Counted from the first letter of the stretch, positions 8,740-20,335 are shown. The stretch is DNA of 64,000 nt from Deltaproteobacteria bacterium (GCA_018434685.1 JAHDOV010000004.1:249857-313856); one strand, 5' to 3'. The notes: generated by a model not told the origin, from the sequence alone. A program made the numbers and translations.

Positions 8740-9641
8740 TGGAACACCGGGATTTTCTTTCCATTACCGATCTGTCTCCGGAAGAAATACAGCAGGTCTT
8801 CTCCAGTGCACAGGAGCATAAACGCGCTCTGCCGCAGCAGTGTCTGTTGGGCAAATCCGTGGTCCTCATTTTCGAGAAGGCCTCCACCAGGACGCGGATC
8901 TCCTTTGAAGTGGGTGTGGCCAGAATGGGGGGGCACCCCATTGTGCTGACCCCCCAGGGTTCACAGATGGGACGGGGAGAGCCTTTGCGTGATACCGCTC
9001 GGATCCTGGCCGGATACTGCGACTGTATCGTGATGAGGACCTTCGGCCACGACCGGGTGGAGGAAATGGCACACTTCGCCGATGTCCCGGTGATCAATGC
9101 ACTGACCGATCTCCTCCATCCGTGCCAGGTCCTTGCCGACTGTTTCACCCTGACGCAGCGTTTCGAAGATCTCGCAGGCAGGAAGGTGGCCTGGATAGGG
9201 GACGGCAACAACATGGCGAACTCCTGGATCAATGCCGCCGCAGCACTGGGTTTTGAACTCGCGCTTGCCTGTCCGAAAGGGTACGATCCCGACGAGGCCG
9301 TGCTGAGCGCTGCAGTGGAACGCGGCGCGAAGGTGCGTATTGTCAGGGATCCTGCCGAGGCGGCCTCGGGTGCCATTGCCGTAAACACCGATGTCTGGGC
9401 AAGCATGGGGCAGGAAGACGAGGCCGGCAGCCGCAAGGGGGTTTTCGAGGCCTTCCAGGTAACGCAGGCACTCATGGACCGGGCCGCACCGGATGCGGTG
9501 TTCATGCACTGCCTGCCTGCCCACCGGGGTGAAGAGGTAACGGAAGACGTGCTGGAGGGAAGCGGGTCGATCGTGTGGGAACAGGCACAGAACAGGCTCT
9601 ATGTACAGGAAGCCATTGTTGAGTTCTTATTAAGACAATAG
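8736..9641 (+). CDS. argF: Ornithine carbamoyltransferase
   Basis: STRTR, HPCQ, HCLP. Confidence 0.97.
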   Translation: MMEHRDFLSITDLSPEEIQQVFSSAQEHKRALPQQCLLGKSVVLIFEKASTRTRISFEVGVARMGGHPIVLTPQGSQMGRGEPLRDTARILAGYCDCIVMRTFGHDRVEEMAHFADVPVINALTDLLHPCQVLADCFTLTQRFEDLAGRKVAWIGDGNNMANSWINAAAALGFELALACPKGYDPDEAVLSAAVERGAKVRIVRDPAEAASGAIAVNTDVWASMGQEDEAGSRKGVFEAFQVTQALMDRAAPDAVFMHCLPAHRGEEVTEDVLEGSGSIVWEQAQNRLYVQEAIVEFLLRQ

Positions 9642-9654
9642 GGGTGTGACTATC

Positions 9655-10857
9655 ATGAGTGGAAAAAAGGTTGTATTGGCGTATTCGGGCGGTTTGGACA
9701 CATCGGTAATCCTCAAGTGGCTGCAGGACGAATTCGACTACGAGGTCATCTGCTATGCCGCTGATGTGGGTCAGGCAGAAGAACTCAATGGCCTGGAAGA
9801 AAAGGCCAAGAAGACCGGTGCATCGAAGATCTATATCGATGACGTCCGGGAGGAGTTCGTCAGGGACTACGTGTTCCCTGCCTACCGGGCAGACGTGGCA
9901 TATGAGGGGACCTATCTGCTGGGGACCTCGCTCGCCAGGCCTCTCATTGCAAAGAAGCTCATCGAGATAGCACGTGCCGAAGGTGCCGGAGCCGTGGCGC
10001 ACGGTGCAACAGGCAAAGGAAACGACCAGGTCCGGTTCGAGCTCACGTTCTGGGCGCTCAATCCCGCCATCAAGGTTATCGCCCCGTGGAAGATGGACGA
10101 GTGGAAGCTCACCTCGCGCGAAAAGATGATCGATTACGCGGCAGCCCACGGCATTGACGTGCCGGTCACCAAGGCCAGGCCCTACAGCATGGACCGGAAC
10201 CTGCTGCACATCAGTTTTGAAGGCGGTATCCTCGAGGATCTCTGGAACGAACCGCAGGAGGATATGTTTGTGCTGTCGTGTTCGCCGGAGAATGCCCCGG
10301 ACCGTCCAACCTCCGTCGAGATCTCCTTCAGGGACGGAGACCCGGTGGCCATCGACGGCCAGGAGATGAGCCCTGCAGAGCTGCTGGCATCACTCAATGG
10401 GCTCGGCGGGAAAAACGGCATCGGCAGGGTGGATATCGTGGAAAACCGTTACGTGGGGATGAAATCCCGCGGGGTATACGAGACGCCGGGGGGGACGATA
10501 CTCAAGATCGCCCACCGGGGCATCGAGCAGATCACCATGGACCGGGAGGTCATGCACCTGAGGGATGAACTCATGCCGCGCTACGCTGCGCTCATCTACA
10601 ACGGCTACTGGTTCGCACCGGAACGCCTTGCCCTGCAGAAATTCATCGATGAATCCCAGAGAGGCGTCACCGGTGATGTCAGGGTAAAACTCTACAAGGG
10701 CAACTGCAGCATCACCGGGCGCAGGGCCAAGGCTTCGCTCTACAACCCCGAGATCGCGACCTTCGGAGAAGACGAGGTCTACAATCAGAAGGATGCCGCA
10801 GGATTCATCCGCCTCAACGCCCTGCGGCTCAAGATGCGCAAGCAGATGGAACCATGA
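9655..10857 (+). CDS. argG: Argininosuccinate synthase
   Basis: [31 protein letters not shown]. Alternative start GTG 9646. Confidence 0.98.
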   Translation: MSGKKVVLAYSGGLDTSVILKWLQDEFDYEVICYAADVGQAEELNGLEEKAKKTGASKIYIDDVREEFVRDYVFPAYRADVAYEGTYLLGTSLARPLIAKKLIEIARAEGAGAVAHGATGKGNDQVRFELTFWALNPAIKVIAPWKMDEWKLTSREKMIDYAAAHGIDVPVTKARPYSMDRNLLHISFEGGILEDLWNEPQEDMFVLSCSPENAPDRPTSVEISFRDGDPVAIDGQEMSPAELLASLNGLGGKNGIGRVDIVENRYVGMKSRGVYETPGGTILKIAHRGIEQITMDREVMHLRDELMPRYAALIYNGYWFAPERLALQKFIDESQRGVTGDVRVKLYKGNCSITGRRAKASLYNPEIATFGEDEVYNQKDAAGFIRLNALRLKMRKQMEP

Positions 10858-12248
10858 AAGACAAACCGTGGTCAGGCAGGTTCAATCAGGATACCGATGT
10901 AGTGGTGGAGGCGTTCACCGAGTCAGTTTCATTCGATAGCCGCCTCTACCGGGAGGATATTCAGGGGAGCATTGCCCACGCGCACATGCTGTGCGCTGCG
11001 GGAATCCTCACCGCAGCCGAGGCGGAGGCCATTACCGAAGGGCTTGTCGGGATAGGGGAGGAAATCGAAAACGGGTCCTTTTCGTTTGATCCGGCACTCG
11101 AAGATGTCCACATGAACATCGAGGTCGAACTGACCCGTCGGATCGGCGAGGCCGGAAGGAAGCTCCATACGGCGCGCAGCCGCAATGACCAGGTGGCTAC
11201 CGACTTCAAGCTGTACGTGCGGGAGGAACTCTGCCGGACAGAGGAGTCGCTCAGGCGGCTCATGACCTCCCTCATCGAGAAGGCCCGTGAGCACGTGGAC
11301 ACCATCATCCCGGGCATGACGCACCTCCAGCATGCCCAGCCGGTCTCCCTTGCCCACCACCTGCTTGCCTACGTTGAAATGTTCCTGAGGGACCACAGCC
11401 GGATTGTGGATACGAAAAAGCGGCTCAACACCTCACCGCTCGGCAGTGCTGCGCTTGCCGGGACTCCCCATCCTATCGACCGGGAGATGACCGCTGCTGA
11501 GCTGGGGTTTGACGGACCGAGCCGGAACTCCATGGATGCGGTGAGTGACCGGGATTTTGCCCTGGAAGCGGTTTTTGATGCGGCCACCATCATGATGCAC
11601 CTGAGCAGGATGGCAGAGGAGATCATCCTGTGGAATTCCAGCCCGTTTTCCTTCGTGGAGCTTTCTGATGCCTACTGTACCGGCAGTTCCATCATGCCCC
11701 AGAAGAAGAACCCGGACGTGGCAGAGCTCGTACGGGGCAAGGTGGGCAGCGTGTACGGAAATCTTGTGGCCCTTCTGACCATGATGAAGGGCCTCCCGCT
11801 GGCGTATAACCGGGACATGCAGGAAGACAAGATCCCGGTGATGGAAACCCTCGATACCGTGCGGCAGTGCCTCGAGGTCATGGCGGGGCTCATCGCAGGG
11901 CTTCGGGTGAATCAGGAGGCAGTGCGGGAATCTCTGAATAGAGGCTTCATCACGGCAACCGACGTGGCGGACTTCCTCGTGGACAAGGGTGTGTCCTTCA
12001 GAGAGGCGCACCGAATCACCGGCGAGCTCATTTCATCGCTCATCGGGCAGGGAAGGACCCTGGGCGAATTGACCCTCGACGAATTCCGCAGCTATGCAAA
12101 GGAATTCGATGAGGGGATCTTTACGGTAATCAGGCCGGAGAATTCCGTGGACCGGAGAACGAGCTTCGGCGGCACGGCCCGAAAGAACGTACGCCAGGAG
12201 CTGAACCATGCGCAGGAGAGGTTGGCAGGCCTTGAAAACACAGACTAG
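10854..12248 (+). CDS. argH: Argininosuccinate lyase
   Basis: [21 protein letters not shown]. Confidence 0.98.
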   Translation: MKDKPWSGRFNQDTDVVVEAFTESVSFDSRLYREDIQGSIAHAHMLCAAGILTAAEAEAITEGLVGIGEEIENGSFSFDPALEDVHMNIEVELTRRIGEAGRKLHTARSRNDQVATDFKLYVREELCRTEESLRRLMTSLIEKAREHVDTIIPGMTHLQHAQPVSLAHHLLAYVEMFLRDHSRIVDTKKRLNTSPLGSAALAGTPHPIDREMTAAELGFDGPSRNSMDAVSDRDFALEAVFDAATIMMHLSRMAEEIILWNSSPFSFVELSDAYCTGSSIMPQKKNPDVAELVRGKVGSVYGNLVALLTMMKGLPLAYNRDMQEDKIPVMETLDTVRQCLEVMAGLIAGLRVNQEAVRESLNRGFITATDVADFLVDKGVSFREAHRITGELISSLIGQGRTLGELTLDEFRSYAKEFDEGIFTVIRPENSVDRRTSFGGTARKNVRQELNHAQERLAGLENTD

Positions 12249-12612
12249 GGTTGCCCTGGGCTTCGTTCTCATGGTGCTCGTCTGCGCGGGGTGTGGCCGG
12301 AAACTGCCGCCGCTGCCACCGGGTGAGCCCGATCCTGTTGAGATCGTATCCATCCGGTTCGTGGATGATGTGGTCGTCGTAGAGGCCAGGTGCAACGCGG
12401 CAGGTGCCGTGGTGGTGCTCCTGGGCAAGGCAAAGGGCATATGCCCTGCGTGTACCGATGACCTCCGGAAAAAGGATGAGCTGTCCCTGGGCGAGCCGGG
12501 TGTGCTCGTTCTGAAGGATACAGCCCCTGACGATGATTACATGGTCTACCGTCTCGCGTTCGAAAAGGGGACCACTGCCTGGATGACACCGGCACGGATC
12601 GTGCGCAGATAG
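12232..12612 (+). CDS. Small lipoprotein (CGxKxP type, in the usual slot upstream of lysA)
   Basis: Signal peptide and lipobox CAG-C followed by GRKLPPLPP. Probable TTG start at 12232 after GGAGAGG. Confidence 0.75.
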   Translation: MKTQTRVALGFVLMVLVCAGCGRKLPPLPPGEPDPVEIVSIRFVDDVVVVEARCNAAGAVVVLLGKAKGICPACTDDLRKKDELSLGEPGVLVLKDTAPDDDYMVYRLAFEKGTTAWMTPARIVRR

Positions 12613-12703
12613 GCAGGGCCCGGAACAGGCATACCTGAGGGGCTGAAAACGCGACGAACCCCGGCTGCCTCGCGCAGAAGAAACGAAGAGGAGACAAGAG
12701 AAC

Positions 12704-13960
12704 ATGCATGATTTTCAGTACAAACAGGGAACATTCCATTGTGGGGAGGTTCCCTTGGAAGAGATCGCAAAGGAGGTCGGCACACCGTTTTACTGCTACA
12801 GCCTGCCGACGCTGGAGCGCCATATCCGCGCCTTTGAAGATCCTCTTCAGGATGTGGACCACCAGACCTGTTTTGCCATGAAGGCAAACTCGTGTCTGGC
12901 CATCCTGAACACCATGGCCCGCCAGGGACTCGGTGCCGACGTGGTCTCCGGCGGGGAGCTCTACCGAGCGCTTCATGCAGGCATTCCTGCCCACAAGATC
13001 GTGTATTCCGGCGTGGGGAAAACCACTGACGAGATCGACAGGGCAATCCGTGCGGGGATCATGATGTTCAATATCGAGAGCGAGCAGGAGCTCGAGGTGA
13101 TCAATGCCCGTGCCGGACAACTGGGTAAAAAGGCCCCGATCTCCATCAGGGTCAATCCCGATGTGGACCCCCATACCCACCCTTATATCTCCACAGGTAT
13201 GCGTGACAACAAGTTCGGGATCGATATCGAGGGCTCCATGGCACAATACGTGAAGGCAAGAGAGATGGAGAACATCGAGATCGTGGGGATCGACTGCCAC
13301 ATCGGGAGCCAGCTCACCGACGTGACCCCCTTTATCGATGCAGTGGAGCGGCTCAAGGTCCTGATTGCCAACCTGGGGAAGCTCGGAATCGAGTTCCGCT
13401 ATCTCGATCTCGGCGGCGGCCTGGGGATAACGTATTCCAACGAAGAACCCCCGAACCCCAAGGACTATTGCACTGCCATTCTCGAGGCCGTGGGTCCCCT
13501 GGGGCTGAAACTCATCTTCGAACCCGGCAGGGTAATCGTGGGTAACGCCGGGATCCTCGTCACCCGGGTCCTCTACCGGAAGGAGACCAAGACCAAGACC
13601 TTCATCATCGTGGATGCCGGCATGAACGACCTCATACGGCCGGCGCTCTACGGCGCCTATCACGAGATAACCCCCGTGGAGGAGCACAATGGCGGCACGG
13701 AAAAGGCCGACGTGGTGGGGCCTATCTGCGAATCGAGTGATTTCCTTGCAAAGGAGAGAGATCTCCCGAGGTTCGTCAGGGGTGACCTGATCGCAGTCAT
13801 GTCTGCGGGTGCATACGGCCATACAATGGCCTCCAACTACAATTCCCGGCCCAAGCCGCCCGAGGTTTTGGTGGATCGCACCCGGTTTTATGTGGTATCA
13901 AAGAGACAGTCGTATGAAGACCTCATGTCCGGGGAGATCGTACCGGATACAATACGCTAG
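12704..13960 (+). CDS. lysA: Diaminopimelate decarboxylase
   Basis: AMKAN, HIGSQ, EPGR, GPICESSD, GAYG. Confidence 0.97.
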   Translation: MHDFQYKQGTFHCGEVPLEEIAKEVGTPFYCYSLPTLERHIRAFEDPLQDVDHQTCFAMKANSCLAILNTMARQGLGADVVSGGELYRALHAGIPAHKIVYSGVGKTTDEIDRAIRAGIMMFNIESEQELEVINARAGQLGKKAPISIRVNPDVDPHTHPYISTGMRDNKFGIDIEGSMAQYVKAREMENIEIVGIDCHIGSQLTDVTPFIDAVERLKVLIANLGKLGIEFRYLDLGGGLGITYSNEEPPNPKDYCTAILEAVGPLGLKLIFEPGRVIVGNAGILVTRVLYRKETKTKTFIIVDAGMNDLIRPALYGAYHEITPVEEHNGGTEKADVVGPICESSDFLAKERDLPRFVRGDLIAVMSAGAYGHTMASNYNSRPKPPEVLVDRTRFYVVSKRQSYEDLMSGEIVPDTIR

Positions 13961-13973
13961 GCGGAGGTGAAAG

Positions 13974-14846
13974 ATGTTTTCTGGCGCAATAGTAGCGATC
14001 GTAACCCCCTTTTGTGACGGGAAGGTCGATGAAAAGGCCTTCAGGGAACTCATCGACTTTCAGATAGCAGGCGGTGTTTCAGGGATCGTACCCTGCGGGA
14101 CCACCGGGGAGTCCGCGACCCTTTCTCACGCAGAGCACGAGCGGGTCATCGATATCTGTGTTGAAGAGGTGGGGGGAAGAGTGCCGGTCATTGCCGGTAC
14201 CGGCTCCAATTCCACGAATGAGGCAATCAGGCTCACCAGGCATGCAAAGGATGCCGGTGCAGATGCGGCTCTGCTGATCACCCCGTACTACAACAAGCCG
14301 ACTCAGAAGGGGCTCTACGAGCACTATGCAGCGGTTGCCGCCGCATGCGATATCCCGCAGATCCTCTACAACGTCCCGGGAAGGACCGGGGTGAACATGG
14401 GGATTGAGACCGTCACCGCCCTGGCGAAGATCGACACCATCGTCGGGATAAAAGAGGCGAGCGGCGATCTGGTGAAGTGCTCCTATATCGTGAGGGACAC
14501 CGATGATGACTTCTGCCTCCTGTCCGGGGAGGATGCCCTGAACCTGCCCATACTGTGCGTAGGGGGAACCGGGGCCATCTCGGTAACGGCAAATGTCATG
14601 CCCGGAAAGGTCTCCGGCATGATCAGTGCCTGGAAGAACGGGGATGTCCAGGCGGCACAGGAGATCCACTTCGAGCTGCTCGAGGTCAACGAGGTCATGT
14701 TCATCGAGACAAATCCCATACCGGTGAAGACGGCACTGGCGCTCATGGGCAAGGTGAAGGAGGAGTTCAAGCTGCCGCTGTGTGCAATGGCACCGGCGAA
14801 CAGGGGAAAACTCTCGGCGGTACTGAACAAATACGGGTGCATATAG
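13974..14846 (+). CDS. dapA: 4-hydroxy-tetrahydrodipicolinate synthase
   Basis: GTTGES, YNVPGRTG, GIKEA, NPIPVK. Confidence 0.97.
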   Translation: MFSGAIVAIVTPFCDGKVDEKAFRELIDFQIAGGVSGIVPCGTTGESATLSHAEHERVIDICVEEVGGRVPVIAGTGSNSTNEAIRLTRHAKDAGADAALLITPYYNKPTQKGLYEHYAAVAAACDIPQILYNVPGRTGVNMGIETVTALAKIDTIVGIKEASGDLVKCSYIVRDTDDDFCLLSGEDALNLPILCVGGTGAISVTANVMPGKVSGMISAWKNGDVQAAQEIHFELLEVNEVMFIETNPIPVKTALALMGKVKEEFKLPLCAMAPANRGKLSAVLNKYGCI

Positions 14847-14877
14847 GGGCCCGTTACCCGAAGGTGGAGGAAGAAAC

Positions 14878-15678
14878 ATGATTCATGCCGGGGTTGTGGG
14901 CATTGCAGGACGGATGGGCTCACTGATTGCGCGGGGAATCGTCGATGCGGACGACATGGTGCTGGCCGGTGCACTGGAGGCGGGGGGTCATCCCCTGCTC
15001 GGCAAGGATGCCGGGATGGTCCTCGGTGCCGGCCCGCTCGATACGGCAATTACCTCCAGGATAGAGGATGCGTTTTGCACCTGCGACATCATAGTCGATT
15101 TCACCCTGCCCGTGGTGACCATGGAAACCTTCCGGTATGCGGCTGCCGAAGGCAAAAAGCTCATTATCGGCACTACCGGGTTCAGTGATGATGAGCTCAC
15201 TGAGATCAGGGGGTGTGCCGGGAAGATCGCGGTTGTCATGGCGCCCAACATGAGTATCGGGGTGAATGTGATGTTCAAGGCGGTCTCCATACTGGCCGGG
15301 CTTCTGGGGGAGGACTACGATGTGGAGATCGTCGAGACCCACCACCGGCTCAAGAAGGATGCCCCCTCGGGAACGGCCCTCGGACTCGCCCGGGCCATCG
15401 CCGAGGCCAAAGGGGTGGATCTGGCGGATCATGCCCGCTATGAACGCCACGGTATCATCGGGGCCAGACCGGACGGTGAAATCGGTATCCAGACGCTTCG
15501 TGCCGGAGACATCGTCGGGGATCACACCGTGCTGTTTGCCGGGAACAACGAGCGTATCGAGATCACCCACCGCGCTCACTCGCGGCAGAATTTCGCCCGG
15601 GGCGCACTGCGGGCTGTACGCTGGGTGAGCGACAGAGAACCCGGGCTGTACTCCATGATCGACGTGCTGGGGCTGTGA
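14878..15678 (+). CDS. dapB: 4-hydroxy-tetrahydrodipicolinate reductase
   Basis: GxxGRMG, GTTG, ETHHRLKKDAPSGTA. Confidence 0.97.
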   Translation: MIHAGVVGIAGRMGSLIARGIVDADDMVLAGALEAGGHPLLGKDAGMVLGAGPLDTAITSRIEDAFCTCDIIVDFTLPVVTMETFRYAAAEGKKLIIGTTGFSDDELTEIRGCAGKIAVVMAPNMSIGVNVMFKAVSILAGLLGEDYDVEIVETHHRLKKDAPSGTALGLARAIAEAKGVDLADHARYERHGIIGARPDGEIGIQTLRAGDIVGDHTVLFAGNNERIEITHRAHSRQNFARGALRAVRWVSDREPGLYSMIDVLGL

Positions 15679-15679
15679 G

Positions 15680-16423
15680 ATGAAGATAGGCAGGGCTCAC
15701 ACGACAGATGGAAGGATTGTCCAGTATGCGACCGAAGACGAAACAGAGTTCTTCGGGTGGGATCCCCAGACCAGCCGGAAGTTGCAGCCCCTCGAGATCG
15801 AGAGGCTCCTTGTCCCGGTTCTTCCCGGCAAGATCGTCGCGGTGGGGCTCAATTACCGGGACCATGCCAGGGAACTCGGCCTCGAGCTCCCGAAGGTGCC
15901 GCTGCTGTTCATGAAGCCGTCTACGAGCGTGATCGGTCCGCTTGATGATATCATCTATCCGGCTCAGACCTCGAGGCTCGATTTCGAGGCAGAACTCGCC
16001 GTGGTCATAAAAAGGACCTGCAAGGACGTGAAGGCCTCGGCCGCACAAGATGTGATCCTGGGCTACACCTGTCTGAACGACGTTACGGCACGCGACCTTC
16101 AGGTTTCGGACGGCCAGTGGACGCGGGCAAAATCGTTCGACACCTTTGCGCCCATCGGTCCGTGGATCGAGACCGGCATCGAGGACCCGCATGCCCTCGC
16201 AATCAGCGCCCGCCTCAACGGGGAACTCAGGCAGTCCTCGAACATGGAAAATCTCATCTTCTCTGTCTATGAACTCATCGAGTTCATAACAGGGATCATG
16301 ACCCTGAACCAGGGCGATGTAATCGCCACGGGCACGCCCTCGGGGATCGGGCCCATGCAGAGAGGTGACGAGATAGTGATAGAGATTGAAGGCATCGGTG
16401 TCCTGAAGAACCGGGTTGTGTGA
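15680..16423 (+). CDS. Fumarylacetoacetate hydrolase family protein
   Basis: GLNYRDH, FEAELAV, NDVTARD, KSFDTF, TGTPSG. Confidence 0.93.
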   Translation: MKIGRAHTTDGRIVQYATEDETEFFGWDPQTSRKLQPLEIERLLVPVLPGKIVAVGLNYRDHARELGLELPKVPLLFMKPSTSVIGPLDDIIYPAQTSRLDFEAELAVVIKRTCKDVKASAAQDVILGYTCLNDVTARDLQVSDGQWTRAKSFDTFAPIGPWIETGIEDPHALAISARLNGELRQSSNMENLIFSVYELIEFITGIMTLNQGDVIATGTPSGIGPMQRGDEIVIEIEGIGVLKNRVV

Positions 16424-16914
16424 TGAGGGGGTACCTCTCTCTGGGGTCCAATCTCGGAGACAGGGAGGCATATCTCGATCAGGCCATGAACGCACTTGGT
16501 GCCTGCGGGGTACACATCATCAAGACCTCGAGCGTGTACGAGACAAAACCCTGCGACGTTCCCGACAGGCAGGAGAATTATTACAATCTCGTGGTGTATG
16601 TGGAGACGGAGTTGTACCCGGCCGATCTGCTTGCACTGTGTCAGGTGATCGAGAAGGATCTCGGCAGACAAAGACCGTATGTGCATTCCCCCCGAACGAT
16701 CGATATCGACATCGTCTACCTGGAAGGGATAACCGTGTCGACCGATACCCTGAGCGTACCGCATCCTGCACTTGAGGAGAGGTCCTTTGTCGTTTATCCC
16801 CTTTGTGAAATTGCCCCGGATATTGTTTTACCTTCGGGCAGGCCTATAATAGAGGTAAAGAACACCCTGGGAGATGACGACATAGTCAGGATGTGGAAGA
16901 TCGACCATGGTTGA
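16423..16914 (+). CDS. folK: 2-amino-4-hydroxy-6-hydroxymethyldihydropteridine diphosphokinase
   Basis: LSLGSNLG, PRTIDIDI, VPHP. Confidence 0.95.
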   Translation: MRGYLSLGSNLGDREAYLDQAMNALGACGVHIIKTSSVYETKPCDVPDRQENYYNLVVYVETELYPADLLALCQVIEKDLGRQRPYVHSPRTIDIDIVYLEGITVSTDTLSVPHPALEERSFVVYPLCEIAPDIVLPSGRPIIEVKNTLGDDDIVRMWKIDHG

Positions 16915-18436
16915 GACTCAGGAGAAAAAATGGAAGATCCTGATCGCGGACGACAACCGTGACGTCAACGAGGTGGTCAAAAACACCTTGTGCGAATACG
17001 GGTTTGAGGTAATCCAGGTATTCAACGGGCAGGAGGCGGTGGATGCCTTTCTGCAGTACAAACCCGATCTGGTATTCCTCGACTACCGCATGCCGAAGCT
17101 CGACGGCATCGGTGCGCTCACCCGGATCAAAGAAATGGACGAAAACGCCGCCGTGGTCTTTATCACGGGCGAGGGATCGGAAGATGTCGCGGTAAAGGCC
17201 ATGAAGGCCGGGGCGAACGACTACATCACGAAGCCCATTTCCCTGCCGGACCTGGTTCACATGGCAAACACGCTCATAAAGGAACATGAAATCCTCGTGG
17301 AGAATGTCCGGCTCAAGGCCAGGGGGGATGCCTACAAGGATTACCTGGTAACCATCACCCAGACCATGGGTGAGGCCGTGGTCACCATTGACGGCAAGGG
17401 CTCTATCCAGTTCATGAACTCCATGGCCAGGAATTTCTGGGGTGATCTGGATGAGATGAAAAACAAACCCGTGGATGTGATCATCCCGGACCCCTCGGTA
17501 GATATCTTTGCCGACATCAAAAAGGCATTTTCCGACGGGATCGATAATTTCGAAAACGAGTATGCCTTCCGCAAGGCAGACGGCAGCATTTTTTCGGGGC
17601 TCCTGTCAGCCTCAGCCCTCAAGAGTGAAAAATACGCCGGGGGGATTGTCCTTGTCATACGGGACCTGACTGATATTGAAATGATGAGAAGGCAGATGAT
17701 CAATGCAGAAAAACTCGCATCCCTGGGCAAGGTGGTGGAGGGCGTTGCGCACGAGATCAGGAACTCGCTCACCTCTCTCGGTGGTTTTTCCAGGAGGCTC
17801 AGCAAATCCGTGAGCCCGGACTGCACCGAACAGGTGTATGTTGAGTATATCATTGAGGATGTCAAGAGGCTTGAGGCCATGATCATGGACATCGAGGAAT
17901 ATGTGAACTACACCAAGATCCACCGGCCCGATTTCTCCTCGACGAATATCGAGGATGTCATTGATGAAGCACTCATCAAGACGTTCGGTTCGGGTAGATT
18001 CAGCGGTGTGGCCTATGAGGTGAACGTGCCGGAGAACCTCGACACGATCGAGGCCGACCAGAGCTATCTGGTGGAGGCCTTCTGGCATCTGCTCGTGAAT
18101 GCCTGTGAATCCATGCATGGCAAGGGGAGCGTCGAGATCAACGTGAGTCTGCATCCGCACTATGTGATCATTGACGTCGTGGATACGGGCAAGGGCATAC
18201 CGGGAGATGAGATAAAGGATATCTTCAACCCCTTCTATACCTCGAAGGTGAGCGGGGCCGGGCTTGGTCTCTCGAAGGTTTATATGATTATCGAGGAACA
18301 CGGGGGGTATATTACCGTGCAGAGCGCGGTGGGGAAAGGCACGAGAATTCGGGTTCTACTCCCCAGAAAACGTGTGATCAAGGCTGTTCCTCCCCAGAAT
18401 ACCACGGCACCGAAAGGGCGCTGGACCAAAGACTGA
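16907..18436 (+). CDS. Hybrid REC-PAS-histidine kinase
   Basis: N-terminal ADD..LDYRMP..KP receiver, PAS, AHEIRN, DTGKG, GAGLGL. Confidence 0.93.
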   Translation: MVETQEKKWKILIADDNRDVNEVVKNTLCEYGFEVIQVFNGQEAVDAFLQYKPDLVFLDYRMPKLDGIGALTRIKEMDENAAVVFITGEGSEDVAVKAMKAGANDYITKPISLPDLVHMANTLIKEHEILVENVRLKARGDAYKDYLVTITQTMGEAVVTIDGKGSIQFMNSMARNFWGDLDEMKNKPVDVIIPDPSVDIFADIKKAFSDGIDNFENEYAFRKADGSIFSGLLSASALKSEKYAGGIVLVIRDLTDIEMMRRQMINAEKLASLGKVVEGVAHEIRNSLTSLGGFSRRLSKSVSPDCTEQVYVEYIIEDVKRLEAMIMDIEEYVNYTKIHRPDFSSTNIEDVIDEALIKTFGSGRFSGVAYEVNVPENLDTIEADQSYLVEAFWHLLVNACESMHGKGSVEINVSLHPHYVIIDVVDTGKGIPGDEIKDIFNPFYTSKVSGAGLGLSKVYMIIEEHGGYITVQSAVGKGTRIRVLLPRKRVIKAVPPQNTTAPKGRWTKD

Positions 18437-18635
18437 ATGCGCCGAAGCAGCCGTTGATGGGCATAGACGCTGGTTCTTTACGGTGTGCACAGTCCCCGGT
18501 TCCCCCAGGACTGGTCGGGACAAGCGCTGAAACAGCACAGGCGCGAGGCCCGTTCATGCTGAATAAGGTGAGACCGAAGCCTGATCCGGGATCATAAAGA
18601 TTGAATAAAAACATTATAATGACGATAAGGGCGAT

Positions 18636-19244
18636 ATGCATTTTGTCTGCAGGGCACATGATGGCGTTTCACGACACACGAGTATACTCGTGCTGTGTTT
18701 TCTTGCCGTCCTTGCCTTCACTGCATCTTCTGCCTGGGCAGATATCTTTGTGAAGCGCCAGTCCGACGGGACGCTGTCTTTCAGCAACTGTCCCAGGGGG
18801 GAGGACTGGGATATCTACTATCGGGAGCGAGCCCAGAGGAGAGGGTCGGTGGCGGTGAAAGGGCACTATGAGCAGCTGATAACCGACATTGCCATCGGGC
18901 ATGGCCTCGACCCGGATGTGATAAAGGGCATAATTCAGGTGGAGTCGGCGTACAATCCCCGGGCGCTGTCCTGCAAAGGGGCGATGGGGCTCATGCAGCT
19001 CATGCCGGAGACAGCGCTCGACATGGGGGCCGAAAATCCGTGGGACCCTGTTCAGAACATAACCGCCGGGACCAGGTATTTTTCCCGTCTGCTCAGTCGC
19101 TACCAGGGGGATCTGCAAAAGGCCCTGGCTGCATACAATGCAGGACCTACAATCGTAGATGCATACGGGGGAATTCCTCCCTACCAAGAGACCCAAGAGT
19201 ATGTTAAGAGTGTACTTGCGATTATCAATGGAGGGAGGGAATGA
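18636..19244 (+). CDS. Lytic transglycosylase (SLT domain) with signal peptide
   Basis: VES, GAMGLMQLMP, AAYNAG, PPYxET. Confidence 0.93.
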   Translation: MHFVCRAHDGVSRHTSILVLCFLAVLAFTASSAWADIFVKRQSDGTLSFSNCPRGEDWDIYYRERAQRRGSVAVKGHYEQLITDIAIGHGLDPDVIKGIIQVESAYNPRALSCKGAMGLMQLMPETALDMGAENPWDPVQNITAGTRYFSRLLSRYQGDLQKALAAYNAGPTIVDAYGGIPPYQETQEYVKSVLAIINGGRE

Positions 19245-19250
19245 TCAGGA

Positions 19251-19787
19251 ATGAATCTGGCAAATGCTTTGACCATATCCCGCATCGTTGTGGTGCCGGT
19301 CATTGTCATACTGCTCCTCTGTGACGGCCTCATACCTTCTGTCATCGCAGCAGTCCTGTTTGTTGCTGCAACGATAACCGACTATCTCGATGGCTATTTC
19401 GCCAGGAAATACAACATTGAATCCGATCTGGGCAAACTGCTCGACCCTCTGGCCGACAAATTGCTTATCGCGTCGGTCATGATCATGCTCATCCCACTGG
19501 ACAGGGTGCCGGCATGGATAGCAGCCATCATCATCGGCAGGGAACTCGCTGTTACCGGGCTGAGGAGCATCGCATCGGAAAAGCACATCATCATTGCGGC
19601 AAACTGGCTCGGGAAATACAAGACCGCATTCCAGTGTGCAGCACTCATCCCGCTACTTATCCACTACCCGATCTTCGGCATCCAGTTCCAGCTTGCAGGA
19701 GAATTCTTCCTGTGGATTGCGCTCTTCTTCTCTGTCTGGTCGGGATATGATTACATCTCCAGCTATGTCAAGCAGACCCTTGCGTGA
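19251..19787 (+). CDS. pgsA: CDP-diacylglycerol--glycerol-3-phosphate 3-phosphatidyltransferase
   Basis: DYLDGYFAR..GKLLDPLADK. Confidence 0.95.
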   Translation: MNLANALTISRIVVVPVIVILLLCDGLIPSVIAAVLFVAATITDYLDGYFARKYNIESDLGKLLDPLADKLLIASVMIMLIPLDRVPAWIAAIIIGRELAVTGLRSIASEKHIIIAANWLGKYKTAFQCAALIPLLIHYPIFGIQFQLAGEFFLWIALFFSVWSGYDYISSYVKQTLA

Positions 19788-20114
19788 GGAATAACCAGAC
19801 AGCTCTGGGAATTCACGACCCACTACCTGCCTGGATTGTCCGTGACCCAGAGATCTCTGTGCCCTCACTTGAGGGTGAAAAAATCGTGGCGGTCCTCCTG
19901 GTCTGTTCGGGTGCGCATGGAAAAAATCGCCCAATAAGTAGAATATAGTACCTTCCCTTGAATCGGAGGGCAGGAGGTCTCGGCATGGGAACGAGGTATA
20001 ACTATAAGGTATTATTGGTTTATCATTGTTGTTATAGAGGGTTGAAGCAAGCAGAGTCCTTGTATCGTACTGCTGTGCCATGATGGGGATTGTGGCATGC
20101 CAAGGCACGACTGT

Positions 20115-20335
20115 GATGTTGCGCGCTGAATAGATGAGAACAGCTGAGAGATCCGAAGGCAGGCAGAGGGCACCTCAAGGCGGCCAAGCTTGTTGCTATT
20201 GAAAAAGTTCTCACGAGCAAGTTCGTTTATCTCAGGTTCAATATATTGAAAACCGGCGGGAAAAGGGTGACGGCAGAAATCACCTTGAAACGAGAAATGA
20301 TACAGTCCATGAGAGGGTCACTATACATGCCCTGA
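20115..20335 (+). pseudogene. Decayed fragment of an HMG-CoA reductase paralogue
   Basis: DVAR*IDENS*EIRRQAEGTSR /frameshift/ AKLVAIEKVLTSKFVYLRFN joined to ILKTGGKRVTAEITLKREMIQSMR. Aligns to two separate segments of the intact gene downstream. Confidence 0.8.

Noticed and set aside
12613-12703. Lysine riboswitch upstream of lysA
   Set aside because: The gap is only about 90 nt, too short, and shows only a generic AGGCAG/CTGCCT pairing.
12269-13822. Long antisense ORFs (e.g. 517 aa opposite lysA, 424 aa opposite fdnG, 402 aa over the ABC genes)
   Set aside because: Shadow ORFs expected from GC-rich codon bias, with no domain motifs.
19985-20083. 32-codon ORF MGTRYNYK... with GGAGG RBS
   Set aside because: No recognisable motif and it lies in decayed DNA, so coding status cannot be supported.
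19788-20110. tRNA or integration site downstream of pgsA
   Set aside because: No cloverleaf or T-loop GTTCGA motif and no integrase seen.
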